Below the pieces are notes generated by a model. The model had not been told where the DNA came from. It made no database searches and saw only the letters and a program-made list of their open reading frames with translations. From positions 1,178,133 through 1,242,132 of the forward strand of contig CP070730.1 in NCBI GenBank assembly GCA_020351305.1: DNA of 64,000 nucleotides, given 5' to 3'. Within the stretch, counting starts at the first letter, position 1; each line of letters begins with the position of its first letter. Made by a program: the position numbers and the translations under genes. The DNA comes from Candidatus Bathyarchaeota archaeon. GTDB taxonomy: Archaea > Thermoproteota > Bathyarchaeia > Bathyarchaeales > SOJC01. Positions 29,387 to 39,105 of the stretch are shown here, piece by piece.

Positions 29387-30229
29387 CTATCGTCTTTGAA
29401 GCTCCTCATTCAACGTTTTCACTCTTTTCTTAACTTCTTCCACCTCTTTCATGACGTGTTGATCCCTAATCTCCTTTTTTCTCATTTCATTTGACTTAAA
29501 AATGAGCCTAATAAACTCTGAATCGTAACTCTTGAGAAGTAACTCTGCGTTTGGAATCAAACAGTGACCACCAATCACGCCTGGAAACATTACAGGTCTA
29601 TCAAATCTCCCGCGGTGAGTATCCTCCAGAAAATCCACCACATCATTGAAATCTGTTTCGAACTGCCTTGAAATTCGATGCATCTCTTGGAAGCATGCGA
29701 TCATCCATGCTCTATAAGTGGTCTCAAAGAGCTTCGCCAACTCAGTTTCCCCACATCCTTTTAAGATTCTTGTCTTAAACTTCGCCCTTTCCAAATGCTT
29801 GCGAGCAGCCTCACCAGACTCTTCATCTACACCTCCAACATATTTCGTCCAGAGTTTCAAATCCTGTTTCATACGACCAAAGTTTCTGTGAATTCCACGA
29901 ACAGGAGAATGAGCTACAAGGCAGTTACATCGCTTTCGAATTTCTTGTGTAGCTCCAAGTGAGACCGTGCTATTTATGATTACAAGCTTAGGTTCGAATT
30001 GATTCACGTAGTTCTCAACGCTACTCACAAATTTATCTCGGTTAATGCATGGGATGCATATATGCAAAATATCCACTTTATCAGGCATAGTTTTCTGACT
30101 GATGCTACTCATCCTTGCCTTGTCAATATCAAAGCCATAGACCTGGAAGCTGTTGCATTCCTTCAACAATTCGAAAAGCGGGAGTCCGACCTCACCTAAA
30201 CCTACAATCATGACCCTTTCTTGTACCAA
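29387..30229 (-). CDS. UDP-glucose/GDP-mannose dehydrogenase-family protein, short form lacking the C-terminal UDP-binding domain
   Basis: MIVGLGEVG Rossmann motif, ELAKLFETTYRAWMIACFQEM central helix, and GGHCLIPN (catalytic Cys region). The start is TTG 30229 or ATG 30211. Confidence 0.6.
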   Translation of the reverse strand: MVQERVMIVGLGEVGLPLFELLKECNSFQVYGFDIDKARMSSISQKTMPDKVDILHICIPCINRDKFVSSVENYVNQFEPKLVIINSTVSLGATQEIRKRCNCLVAHSPVRGIHRNFGRMKQDLKLWTKYVGGVDEESGEAARKHLERAKFKTRILKGCGETELAKLFETTYRAWMIACFQEMHRISRQFETDFNDVVDFLEDTHRGRFDRPVMFPGVIGGHCLIPNAELLLKSYDSEFIRLIFKSNEMRKKEIRDQHVMKEVEEVKKRVKTLNEELQRR

Positions 30230-30308
30230 ACAGAAAAGCCTCCAAACAGAAACACAAAATAATCATTCAATGGTATTTAAACTTCGCACTACGCAGTTGG
30301 AGACCAGA

Positions 30309-30818
30309 ATGCAAAATGCAAAATTAGGAAAGGGAGTAATATTTGGGAAGAATGTCCAATTAGGAAAGGATGTTATTATTTGGAATTACGTCGTCATAGG
30401 CGATAATTCGAAGATTGGTGGAGGAACTTGTATTGGAAGTTTCTGTGATATAGGGAAAAATGTTGTCATTGGTAAGAACTGCAAAATTCAAGCCCATGTG
30501 ACCGTCAGCAATGGATGCAGAATAGGAAACAATGTGTCGATGGCACCTAACTGCAGCATCCTAAATGACAAGTTCCCACCAAGCGAACTCATAACACCAC
30601 CGACAATAGAAGACAATGTTGTTATTGGAGGGTGCGCTGTAATACTTCCGGATACTACAATAGGGAAATACTCCATGGTAGCAGCTGCAAGTGTGGTTAC
30701 AAAAGATGTTCAACCTAGAACTGTAGTGAAAGGCACACCGGCAAGACCGATGATGACCAGAGAAGAGTATGAAAATAAAAGGAAAGCCTTTGTGGAAAAT
30801 ACGCCTACTGAAGAATAG
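30309..30818 (+). CDS. LbH (hexapeptide-repeat) sugar N-acetyltransferase
   Basis: Continuous hexapeptide repeats (GKNVQLGKDVIIWNYVVIGDNSKIGGG...). The ATG at 30309 is preferred because the track extension would overlap the divergent gene. Confidence 0.8.
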   Translation: MQNAKLGKGVIFGKNVQLGKDVIIWNYVVIGDNSKIGGGTCIGSFCDIGKNVVIGKNCKIQAHVTVSNGCRIGNNVSMAPNCSILNDKFPPSELITPPTIEDNVVIGGCAVILPDTTIGKYSMVAAASVVTKDVQPRTVVKGTPARPMMTREEYENKRKAFVENTPTEE

Positions 30819-30897
30819 AACACAATGCTTGCCTATGTCCAGTGAAAAACCAAACCATCTACACTAGCAAGAGCACGCGCAGAGAACGATTGAACTA

Positions 30898-31899
30898 TCA
30901 AGCAGCTGCTACGTTTGTGCTGATTTTCTCAACAATATCTAATATCATGTCAACAGGATTTTCCATCTTTGCCAGAGAATCATCAACATTAAACTTTTTT
31001 CCAATATATTTTCCTGCATATTCCAAAACCTCATCTGCATCAACCGTAAATAGCGGAAAGTTTTTTCTAGCAACATAATCGTTCACATACAACTTGTCAA
31101 AGGTTTTGACCACGATGCTAGGTGTACCCTGTAGCGCAGCTTCTCTCGCTATCGTTCCACCTGAACTAACAACGAGGTCAGCACGTGCAGTGAGACTAGT
31201 AGAGTCCACGAAATCTTCTGGAACAATAAGTCCTTTACGTTTTCTCCTCTCATAACGTGGTAAATATATTACGTTGCCGAGCTCTCTTAGCTTAAATGCC
31301 AACTCTTCAGTCACGCCTTCTTTCCCTTTGGCGTATGCTGCTCCTGTCTCAGTTTGTCTAACGACGATCAAGGGCCTTCCATACTCTAGCTCATCAGGCT
31401 GGAAGCCTTTTATCCAAGCAATCTCATCAACACCATCGAATGTTACAACTTGTTGTACCCCTAGTCTTTGAGTGAAATCTGGTGGGATTGCTCTTGAAAC
31501 TATCACAAAGTTAGCCAGCGGAAGTGTCAAGCGATTCTGGGCCATAGCATGAGGATTATCCCATGTAGTCACTATCGGAATTCCCAGTCCAAACGCTACA
31601 CGACACAACTCAGGTGACTGGTGTGAAATTGCAACATTAGGAGGCGAATCTATAAAAAGTTTAGAAAGCTGCAATTGGCGCTTGCTGCTTTGTAAAAGCC
31701 TACTCCCAAGTGAAGATGGGTCATATTTTCCAACAACAATAACACGCTCACCAAGTGCTTGCGCTAAGCCAAGTGTGTCTGGGTGCTTACGAGTGGTTAG
31801 AATGACGTTGTGCTTTAATGTTCGTAGACGTTTAGCAATATTCACACCATAGCGTATTTGCTTCCCAGTGCCAGCGTCATACCAAATCTTCAATATCAA
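30898..31899 (-). CDS. DUF354-family protein (GT-B/epimerase-like fold, COG1817)
   Basis: N-terminus (L)KIWYDAGTGKQIRYGVNIAKRL..GH.V resembles my memory of DUF354 starts (MKIWIDI...). TTG start. Confidence 0.6.
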   Translation of the reverse strand: MILKIWYDAGTGKQIRYGVNIAKRLRTLKHNVILTTRKHPDTLGLAQALGERVIVVGKYDPSSLGSRLLQSSKRQLQLSKLFIDSPPNVAISHQSPELCRVAFGLGIPIVTTWDNPHAMAQNRLTLPLANFVIVSRAIPPDFTQRLGVQQVVTFDGVDEIAWIKGFQPDELEYGRPLIVVRQTETGAAYAKGKEGVTEELAFKLRELGNVIYLPRYERRKRKGLIVPEDFVDSTSLTARADLVVSSGGTIAREAALQGTPSIVVKTFDKLYVNDYVARKNFPLFTVDADEVLEYAGKYIGKKFNVDDSLAKMENPVDMILDIVEKISTNVAAA

Positions 31900-31964
31900 A
31901 CGCCCAGATCTGAAATTAGTTTAGGAATTGATGAGAACTATCTATTAATGCTTCCCTTACGTCT

Positions 31965-32807
31965 TTATAGTAGTATCCATACTAAAACAGAAGTGACAGT
32001 AGAAAGTACGAAGAGTAGAGAAATTATTGAAACAATTTGGCGCTCTGTTAAAGGTCGTTTGTACCCTATGAGTGTAATAAGACTTCTTCTGTGGTTGGCT
32101 TGCAATTTGCTACCTTCAAGAATCAGTTCTGGTTTCGTTTTAAAAATGAAAAAATTCAGCAATTTAAAAGCAGAGTTGAAAATATAGGGTGCAATCGAAA
32201 ATAGCAGCACGAATTTTATGTCTGCTATTATTGCGAATGAAGCTAGAGTGATTCCGAAAGCGAAAGAGCCAGTGTTCCCCACAAAAATTTTGCCTTGGAA
32301 GTTGAAATAGGCTAGGCTAAGAGTAACAACTAATGGAACGTAAAGGAGAGGGGCGTGTGAGGTAGATGCAATCATCAGTCCAGCCATTATTATTGATGGG
32401 CAAATTGTTTCCAATCCATTCAATCCACCGAGTTGATTTACTGTATTTGTTGTAACAGTCACAATAAGAGGGATTATCAGAAAGTAATAGTAGATACCAA
32501 AGTCTATGTCAGTGAAGATTACCGATATCGATGTTCGAAGTGCGAAATCACTTGCCAGGGCAGATAACGGTATGGCTGCAATTATCGGTAGAAACGCTTT
32601 GTATCTCCATCTTAAATCAATCCAGTCATCCAGCAATCCCATGAAACCTCCAAACAAAATGCACCCTGCAAGAGGTAGAGCCCGTTCATAATCAAAGTAG
32701 TGAAACAGGAAAAGGTTGACCACGCTGATTAGAACGAAGAAGACGCCTAGTCCGTTGGGAATTAATGGTTTTTGAGGTTTATGCTGGTCAACAGCTTTTG
32801 GAAACAA
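31965..32807 (-). CDS. aglH: UDP-GlcNAc:dolichyl-phosphate GlcNAc-1-phosphate transferase (AglH/Alg7-like, GT4 polyprenyl-P family)
   Basis: LLDDWIDL and NTVNQLGGLNGLE (archaeal/eukaryotic NxxNxxAGxNGLE type). Multi-TM. Starts 11 nt downstream of the aglB stop. Confidence 0.8.
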   Translation of the reverse strand: MFPKAVDQHKPQKPLIPNGLGVFFVLISVVNLFLFHYFDYERALPLAGCILFGGFMGLLDDWIDLRWRYKAFLPIIAAIPLSALASDFALRTSISVIFTDIDFGIYYYFLIIPLIVTVTTNTVNQLGGLNGLETICPSIIMAGLMIASTSHAPLLYVPLVVTLSLAYFNFQGKIFVGNTGSFAFGITLASFAIIADIKFVLLFSIAPYIFNSAFKLLNFFIFKTKPELILEGSKLQANHRRSLITLIGYKRPLTERQIVSIISLLFVLSTVTSVLVWILL

Positions 32808-32818
32808 GTTATTAGTCC

Positions 32819-35026
32819 TCAGACAGTTGGATGATCAACCTCATATTGCTGATAATCTACTTCATAAAGTGCCACTAGCGCATGAAGATAGATTGCTTGG
32901 CCCTGCTGAGTTTCACCAATGACTGCTAAGGGGGTTCCAGGTGAAAAGTGAGTGATTTTGAAGTATTGCATCTGCGGCGTTTGTTCGGATGGGACCAGAT
33001 GATGCTTTGCAGTTTGCATTAGTTTGTAGATTGTTGTGTTTTTTCCTAGCTCATTCCATACCCATTGCCCTTGATCTGTTATGTTTCCGAAAGTTGTGTA
33101 TTGTTCACGTTCTCCCCATTCACGATAGAATCCACGCGCGCTTTCCACACTTTGGTTAGCGATTCTAGCCATCCACCTCCATTTTCCTTCATCACCGAAT
33201 CCCGTGTCGGTGCCAAGGCTGTTAAACGATGTGAAAACAAGAATATGTGTTGGTGGTCCATATGGTCCATTGAAATTTTCTTTCAGAATTCTAATAGCTT
33301 GAGCCTCATTTGACATGAAAGTCTGGCCTATCAGCCCTATGTGTGTGGAATTAAAAGTGGCATTATCTGCAAGAGTAGTTCGATTTCCTTTTATTGAGAT
33401 CCAATATCCATAGTCCCACCAGCTGCATATTACTGCCTCCTCCGGAAGGTTTAGGTTCATCCATTGAAGCATCTCAACCCACTCATCCACCGGGTTTGTT
33501 GGCTTTATCGGAACACTTGCCGCAAGTATTGTCGGTGGTGAGTATGCATGCGTGTACATTCTTGGTGAGGGAAAAGCATAGGTTAGGGTTAGAAGCAAGA
33601 ATATTAGGATTAGAACTGTTCCGCTGAATTCTGTTCCAACATGTCCTGTGATATATTTCCTACCTAATCGTATTTTTGGTGTCCTTTTCATTAAGGTGAC
33701 AAAGGGTCTCAACAGGTTTGCTGTTCCAATTGCCATTAGAAGGGTAAATGCTGGTGCTAGGAGTATTGTTAAGCGCACCATCGAAAATGCAAAATATAAT
33801 GTTGTTAATCCGAAAATGATGACGAAAAGGTTGCGGTTTGTTAAGTCTCTTATCGCAAAGAAAAAGCCTATGACGAAAAAAAGAACGCCAACACCATAGT
33901 CATAGTATACAGAACCCCATGCCGTAAGTCTATGTTCTTGAACTGATTGATATATCTCGGAGTCCCCTCGTTGCAGGGGGTTCAAAACGCCAGCGAACTT
34001 TCCTGCAATCGAGCCCATGTATTCCGTCTGAGATATGACTAGCAGTCCACCGATAATTGCTGCAAAGAAAATTACAGTTAATATGATTTTCCATTTTCTG
34101 GAGTTTATAGCGTTTAATGCTTCTTTGAGACATAGTAAAGTGAAAACACCTAGAACTGGCAAAATGGCCCATGTTGTAAGGTAGCTTGTAGAGTTTCTTG
34201 GAATGTTGATTGCTAAGAATAAGCCTAGACCAAATGTTATGCTGTATGAGATGAATGACCGTCGTGTGTAACGCCTAAGTAGAATCAGGGAAAACATGAA
34301 AAGGGTCGCCATCGCGATTGGGTAATATGAAGCTCCCCATGAAGCTGCAAGGTAACCCATAACTAGTCCGGCTGTCACGGCATAAATCATCGAGTGTTTT
34401 TGAGGACGCTCTTTATCCAAAGCTCTAAGGAATAGAAACACAAAGAGTAGAATTGCTCCTATTCCGACAGTTTCGTCATCGAAGAACCCTGCGGATGTTC
34501 TTGAGATAAAGGATGGATTCAATGCTAGAAAAAATGCGGAAAATAGGCCAACAGCTTTACCGCCGACATCTTTCCCAAAGAAATAGGCTATTACACAAGC
34601 CAATGCTCCAAAAATGGCTGGAAATATTATACAGAAATGATAAAGAGAAAATGGTACACCAAGGATGGAGAGTAAGTTGTATAAAGTTGCTGCAGTCATA
34701 GGAAGCCCTGGGTAAGTAGTTCCCCCTATTGACCTTTCAAGCGGATACCATCGGTTAGCTTCCGAAATGTCCCAATTCAGCCAGTCAAAGTACCCGTCTT
34801 GCACTATCTTTTCCGTAAATTGGAATTGGAAGTATGGGTCGAATTCTGAGAGCTCAAGCCCCCAGCGAATAGGAAACAGTCTTATGGAGAGAGCTAGAAA
34901 AAAAATAAGAGTTACTGCTGAGAGTGCAAGCAACGTAGAACGAGAAATAGGGATTCTTATATTTGACAGGCTTCGGAGGGCAGTCATTAATTTTTGTCTT
35001 GTTATCAGATTCCGAAGGTCCAACAA
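32819..35026 (-). CDS. aglB: oligosaccharyltransferase AglB (STT3 homolog)
   Basis: WWDYGYWI catalytic motif, 13-TM-like N-terminal region, 735 aa. Confidence 0.95.
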   Translation of the reverse strand: MLDLRNLITRQKLMTALRSLSNIRIPISRSTLLALSAVTLIFFLALSIRLFPIRWGLELSEFDPYFQFQFTEKIVQDGYFDWLNWDISEANRWYPLERSIGGTTYPGLPMTAATLYNLLSILGVPFSLYHFCIIFPAIFGALACVIAYFFGKDVGGKAVGLFSAFFLALNPSFISRTSAGFFDDETVGIGAILLFVFLFLRALDKERPQKHSMIYAVTAGLVMGYLAASWGASYYPIAMATLFMFSLILLRRYTRRSFISYSITFGLGLFLAINIPRNSTSYLTTWAILPVLGVFTLLCLKEALNAINSRKWKIILTVIFFAAIIGGLLVISQTEYMGSIAGKFAGVLNPLQRGDSEIYQSVQEHRLTAWGSVYYDYGVGVLFFVIGFFFAIRDLTNRNLFVIIFGLTTLYFAFSMVRLTILLAPAFTLLMAIGTANLLRPFVTLMKRTPKIRLGRKYITGHVGTEFSGTVLILIFLLLTLTYAFPSPRMYTHAYSPPTILAASVPIKPTNPVDEWVEMLQWMNLNLPEEAVICSWWDYGYWISIKGNRTTLADNATFNSTHIGLIGQTFMSNEAQAIRILKENFNGPYGPPTHILVFTSFNSLGTDTGFGDEGKWRWMARIANQSVESARGFYREWGEREQYTTFGNITDQGQWVWNELGKNTTIYKLMQTAKHHLVPSEQTPQMQYFKITHFSPGTPLAVIGETQQGQAIYLHALVALYEVDYQQYEVDHPTV

Positions 35027-35097
35027 TCATGTCTCCATTTGTCTAAGAGGTTTAACGAAACTCTTTTATTTTCCTTACGGTTTCTCAGACACTCCGA

Positions 35098-36249
35098 TTA
35101 AAGCTTTCGTGAGTATCCGTACTGATTAGCATCATAGAAGGGGAATTTTACAATTTCAGCCTTGGATTTTTCATTTCTTATCTTCACAGTGACCTCTTCA
35201 CCTGTCACTGCGTGATTAGTTTGGATATATGCCATTGCGATTCCTTTTTTTAACAATGGTGAGAAAGTTCCGCTTGTTATGTAGCCAATTTTCCTTTCAT
35301 CCTTAAAGATTTCATATTTAGGCCGTGGGATTCCTGCCTGAAGAACCTTAAGCCCTACACGTTTCCTCTTAACCCCTTGCGTTTTTTGTTTAAGAAGTGC
35401 TTCTTTTCCAATAAACCGTTCTTTCTTAAACTTCACTACAAAACTTATTCTAGCTTCTAAGGGGGTGGTTTTCTCGTCTATGTCATTTCCATAGAGACAC
35501 ATCCCGGCCTCTAATCTTAAGGTATCTCTAGCTCCTAGACCACATGGATTAATATCAAATCTCTTCCCTGCTTGAAGGATGGCATTCCATGCTTTCGTAG
35601 CCTTCTCGGGATTAGAGACAGGCGTCTCCCAAATAAAGATCTCAAATCCGTCTTCACCTGTGTACCCTGTTCTTGATATAAAGGTTTTAAGATCTCCGAG
35701 TTTTGTCCAACCGCATCTGAATCTTTTAATATCACGTAAGTCCTCTTCGACAATCCCCTGTATTGTTTCTTGGGCTTTAGGTCCCTGGACAGCGAACATG
35801 GCCACACGGTCTGAAATATCCTTGATTTCTACATCAAAATGAGCCGCTTGTTTAGTCAGCCATTGGAAGTTTTTATTTCGGTTCGCAGCATTGTACACCA
35901 TAAGAAAATGATTTTCTTCCTGCCGATAAAGTACAAAATCGTCTTTTATCCCGCCATTTTCATTACACATGGTAGAGTAATGAGCACTTAGAGGTTCCAG
36001 CGTAGAGACATCATTAGTGGTTACATAGTTAAGAAACATTTCAACGTCCGCTCCACTAATCGTTACTCGTCCCATATGAGTGATGTCAAAAAGTCCCACA
36101 CTGTCTCTCACCGCTATGTGTTCGGGGATTATGCCTTTGTACCAGATTGGCATTTCGAATCCCGCGAAGCTAGCCAATTTGCCGTTCTGCAAGTGGAAAT
36201 GATAAAGGTGTGTTCTTCCTATTTGGTCTTTCAAGTTTCGCCTATCCAC
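35098..36249 (-). CDS. gcvT: glycine cleavage system T protein (aminomethyltransferase)
   Basis: FAGFEMPIWY, GLFDITHMG, ARDTLRLEAG, and GYITSGTFSP motifs. GTG start. Confidence 0.95.
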   Translation of the reverse strand: MDRRNLKDQIGRTHLYHFHLQNGKLASFAGFEMPIWYKGIIPEHIAVRDSVGLFDITHMGRVTISGADVEMFLNYVTTNDVSTLEPLSAHYSTMCNENGGIKDDFVLYRQEENHFLMVYNAANRNKNFQWLTKQAAHFDVEIKDISDRVAMFAVQGPKAQETIQGIVEEDLRDIKRFRCGWTKLGDLKTFISRTGYTGEDGFEIFIWETPVSNPEKATKAWNAILQAGKRFDINPCGLGARDTLRLEAGMCLYGNDIDEKTTPLEARISFVVKFKKERFIGKEALLKQKTQGVKRKRVGLKVLQAGIPRPKYEIFKDERKIGYITSGTFSPLLKKGIAMAYIQTNHAVTGEEVTVKIRNEKSKAEIVKFPFYDANQYGYSRKL

Positions 36250-36252
36250 GAA

Positions 36253-36417
36253 TTATTTTGCGGGTTTGACTTCTACATCTATTGGTATATATGATAATTT
36301 TTTACCACACTTGGGGCATTTTCCATCATGTTTTTGTATGATCTCGTCTGGAGGTTTTAAATCCGGACCATGATATAAAACATGCTTGCATTCTTTGCAG
36401 AAAACTTCTTGGGGCAT
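36253..36417 (-). CDS. small zinc-ribbon protein (54 aa), not in the ORF track
   Basis: My translation: MPQEVFCKECKHVLYHGPDLKPPDEIIQKHDGKCPKCGKKLSYIPIDVEVKPAK. It has CxxC...CxxC and a GAGGG about 10 nt upstream of the ATG. Its stop is 3 nt before the gcvT start. Confidence 0.55.
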   Translation of the reverse strand: MPQEVFCKECKHVLYHGPDLKPPDEIIQKHDGKCPKCGKKLSYIPIDVEVKPAK

Positions 36418-36556
36418 ATGAGTTAGTCCCTCAGGATTACCAAGGAGATCAGTTGAGGTAGACTATTTATACCTTCTCGTAGAAGTACCCAACGGACCTT
36501 GGCAAGATTAAATAAGATCATCCATAATATGGAAATATCGGTAGGAGGAGGTGAGT

Positions 36557-37495
36557 ATGAAGATGGATAAAACGGAAAGATCAGGTATAACGTTGAAAAG
36601 TGAATATTCTGGTTCTCCTACTCCTTTCGCGTTTTTCTTAGTAATACTTATAGTGTTTCTGTTGCTGGCGATTCTTACTTTTCCTACCATTTTGGCTGCT
36701 TTATTTGGGATTTTAGCTTTTGTTTCGTTGGCATTCTTGCCGGGCTGTGTGGCTATAAACAAGGAATGGGAGGAGGCAATTGTACTGCGATTTGGGAAGT
36801 TTCAACGGTTGGTTGGTCCAGGCTTCTTTTTTAAGTGGCCTTTGGCTGAGAGTTTTCTGAAACAAGATAAACGGATTATCACTTTGGACGTTTCGCGGCA
36901 AGAAGTGATGACAAAGGACAATATTAGCGTGAGTGTTGATGCAGTGGTTTTTATGAAAGTAGTGGATACAAAGGATAGCCTTGTGAATATTCAAAACGTT
37001 TGGAACAGCGTAATGAAGTATGCACAAACTACGTTAAGAGATGTTGTGGGAGACGTGGAATTGGATGAGCTATTAGCAAGGCGAGATGAGATTGCCAACA
37101 GGATCGCGAAAATTGTTGAGAGGGAAACGCAGGACTGGGGTGTAGATATTACATCAGTGAATTTACAAAATGTGGAGCTGCCTGAGGATATGAAGCGTGT
37201 TATTGCGCGGCAGGCTGAAGCTGAACGAGAGAAACGGGCGGTGATCATAAAGAGCGAAGGTGAGTTGACAGCCGCTGAGAATCTAGAGAAAGCAGTGCGG
37301 CAGATGAGTAATCGAGCGCTCTATCTTCGCACATTATCGAGTTTGGAGGATATTAGCTATGATCAAAGCAACACCATAGTATTTGCGATTCCAATGGATA
37401 TGGTGCAGGGGGAAATTGTTGGATTATCAGCGTTTGCAGGAGCACACAAGACAACAAAGGAGACGCAGCAGATGAAGGAAGAGAAAAAGACTTAA
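36557..37495 (+). CDS. SPFH/band-7 (stomatin-like) membrane protein
   Basis: N-terminal TM helix, then the SPFH core (IVLRFGKF...PLAESF...TKDNISVSVDAVVF...) and an AEAEREKRA coiled coil. GGAGGAGG precedes the ATG at 36557. Confidence 0.9.
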   Translation: MKMDKTERSGITLKSEYSGSPTPFAFFLVILIVFLLLAILTFPTILAALFGILAFVSLAFLPGCVAINKEWEEAIVLRFGKFQRLVGPGFFFKWPLAESFLKQDKRIITLDVSRQEVMTKDNISVSVDAVVFMKVVDTKDSLVNIQNVWNSVMKYAQTTLRDVVGDVELDELLARRDEIANRIAKIVERETQDWGVDITSVNLQNVELPEDMKRVIARQAEAEREKRAVIIKSEGELTAAENLEKAVRQMSNRALYLRTLSSLEDISYDQSNTIVFAIPMDMVQGEIVGLSAFAGAHKTTKETQQMKEEKKT

Positions 37496-37703
37496 TGACA
37501 TCTGAAGCTAGTTGAAGGTTAAAATCGAGATAATACCTGTTAAGAACGAACAATCAACACTCATAAATTATTCACCTACAAATCATGGATTATTCAGACT
37601 TCACGCAGGAACTAAAACAATACAAGCAAAAGGAAGAGTTTCAGGTATAGCCATTTTAATCTAAAGAACGCTTACTATTTCACTGAAGTGTGTCACTTTA
37701 GAA

Positions 37704-38153
37704 ATGAGTGAAAGCAAGAAAAAACCACAGCCTGAACCCGCTGTTAGTGCTAACGAGTTAAGTAAAAAGTTAGACCTGATAATAAAACGTTTGGAAACAC
37801 TTGAGAATTTAATTCTTGAAAAACCTGAATACGAAGGACTTGCGGCATCATTACGACTGACAAAGGTTGGCTTAGGCCTATACGAAGAGCCTTTGAAAGT
37901 TGCATCACGATTAAAAACTGCAGAACGTATCATCAAAAAGCCTGAAGTAGCTGTGGATGAAATAAACAGATGCATAATACAGGCTCTCGCTGTCAAAGGC
38001 TCTATGAACATCTCCGCCATTACACGCCAAGTTCAAACAATGCGCAGTACAGCTTCAAGACGCATAATTAGGCGACGCTTAAAACAACTGGAAAAGACAG
38101 GTGTGGTTAGATGTGTTGAGGGCTTTGGCAAAAAATATGAACTAGTCGAATAG
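37704..38153 (+). CDS. hypothetical protein with C-terminal winged-helix-like domain
   Basis: The C-terminus [24 protein letters not shown]...[13 protein letters not shown]...G looks like a MarR/ArsR-type wHTH. The N-terminus is a coiled coil. Confidence 0.55.
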   Translation: MSESKKKPQPEPAVSANELSKKLDLIIKRLETLENLILEKPEYEGLAASLRLTKVGLGLYEEPLKVASRLKTAERIIKKPEVAVDEINRCIIQALAVKGSMNISAITRQVQTMRSTASRRIIRRRLKQLEKTGVVRCVEGFGKKYELVE

Positions 38154-38233
38154 TGACCACTTAACTGGTCACTTTTTCCCACTATATTAAACTAGGATAC
38201 CCAGATTTTCTATTATTATGAGGTGGATAAAAC

Positions 38234-38428
38234 ATGGAAAAAAGTCTAGCCAAAAGTAAACTTTTTGGAACAAGAGATATAGTCTCATGGGATTCCTCTG
38301 TATCAACCAAAAGCATTGACAGCACAATCATGCAAAATAATAACCCTACAATAGAGAAAGCATTATCGGAGGCGGAACGTAAAAAAGCCGAAGCTATTAC
38401 TATGTTAAGACATTATAGCTTCCGTTAA
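38234..38428 (+). CDS. hypothetical small protein
   Basis: 64-aa ORF in the same orientation, tightly spaced with the next ORF. Confidence 0.35.
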   Translation: MEKSLAKSKLFGTRDIVSWDSSVSTKSIDSTIMQNNNPTIEKALSEAERKKAEAITMLRHYSFR

Positions 38429-38449
38429 CAACAAGGAGTGATAAATGAA

Positions 38450-38806
38450 ATGTCAGAGAAAGCCCGAGAAAAGAGCTCAAAAGACGAAGCAGAAGAGGTT
38501 AAAGAAATCTTAAGCGTGGTCTCCACTGAGATTCCCACACTCATTAAAAATATCATCGCAAGCGTATTCAGCGAAGAGGCGGGACGGAACATGGGAAAGG
38601 CAGCTGGAGCTTTCTATAAAGAACTGAAAGAAAGTGGTATGCCAGCTGATGCTGCTTTGAGAATGACTGAAGATTACATGGAAACATTTACAGGCTTTGG
38701 GGATCTTCTTAAATCAGTTGGTAAAGGAAACACAAACAAGTTCTTCATACATCATCCAAAGCGTCCGGAGTCACCTAGGCAAGAAGATAAAGAGGACGAA
38801 GAGTAG
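38450..38806 (+). CDS. hypothetical acidic small protein
   Basis: About 118-aa ORF (the track starts at GTG 38438). Contains AFYKELKESGMPADAALRM, a motif shared with the next ORF. Confidence 0.5.
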   Translation: MSEKAREKSSKDEAEEVKEILSVVSTEIPTLIKNIIASVFSEEAGRNMGKAAGAFYKELKESGMPADAALRMTEDYMETFTGFGDLLKSVGKGNTNKFFIHHPKRPESPRQEDKEDEE

Positions 38807-38836
38807 ACCAAATACAATCGCTGACAGGTTGCCAAT

Positions 38837-39067
38837 TTGCGAGCACGAGCTGTTCTTTGTATTATGCCACGAATTGTATTTTTACTCTCCCAACTCTTGA
38901 TGATATGGGTAAGCTTGGGCTGGAAAGTTAGAAAGGCAAGGAACGCGTTCGAGAGAGAGCTCATTCGAAACGGAATACCAAAAGAGGACGCTAAACGATT
39001 GAGCAGACATATCGAAGTTCTCAAGAATGAAGTAATGAGGTCATTCTGGAGATTCGCCTCGGAATGA
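38837..39067 (+). CDS. hypothetical small single-TM protein
   Basis: One hydrophobic helix, then AFERELIRNGIPKEDAKRL. The start may be the ATG at 38864. Confidence 0.4.
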   Translation: MRARAVLCIMPRIVFLLSQLLMIWVSLGWKVRKARNAFERELIRNGIPKEDAKRLSRHIEVLKNEVMRSFWRFASE

Positions 39068-39105
39068 TCCTTTTCCCTTGCACATTATCTACTAGCTTTT
39101 CCAAT

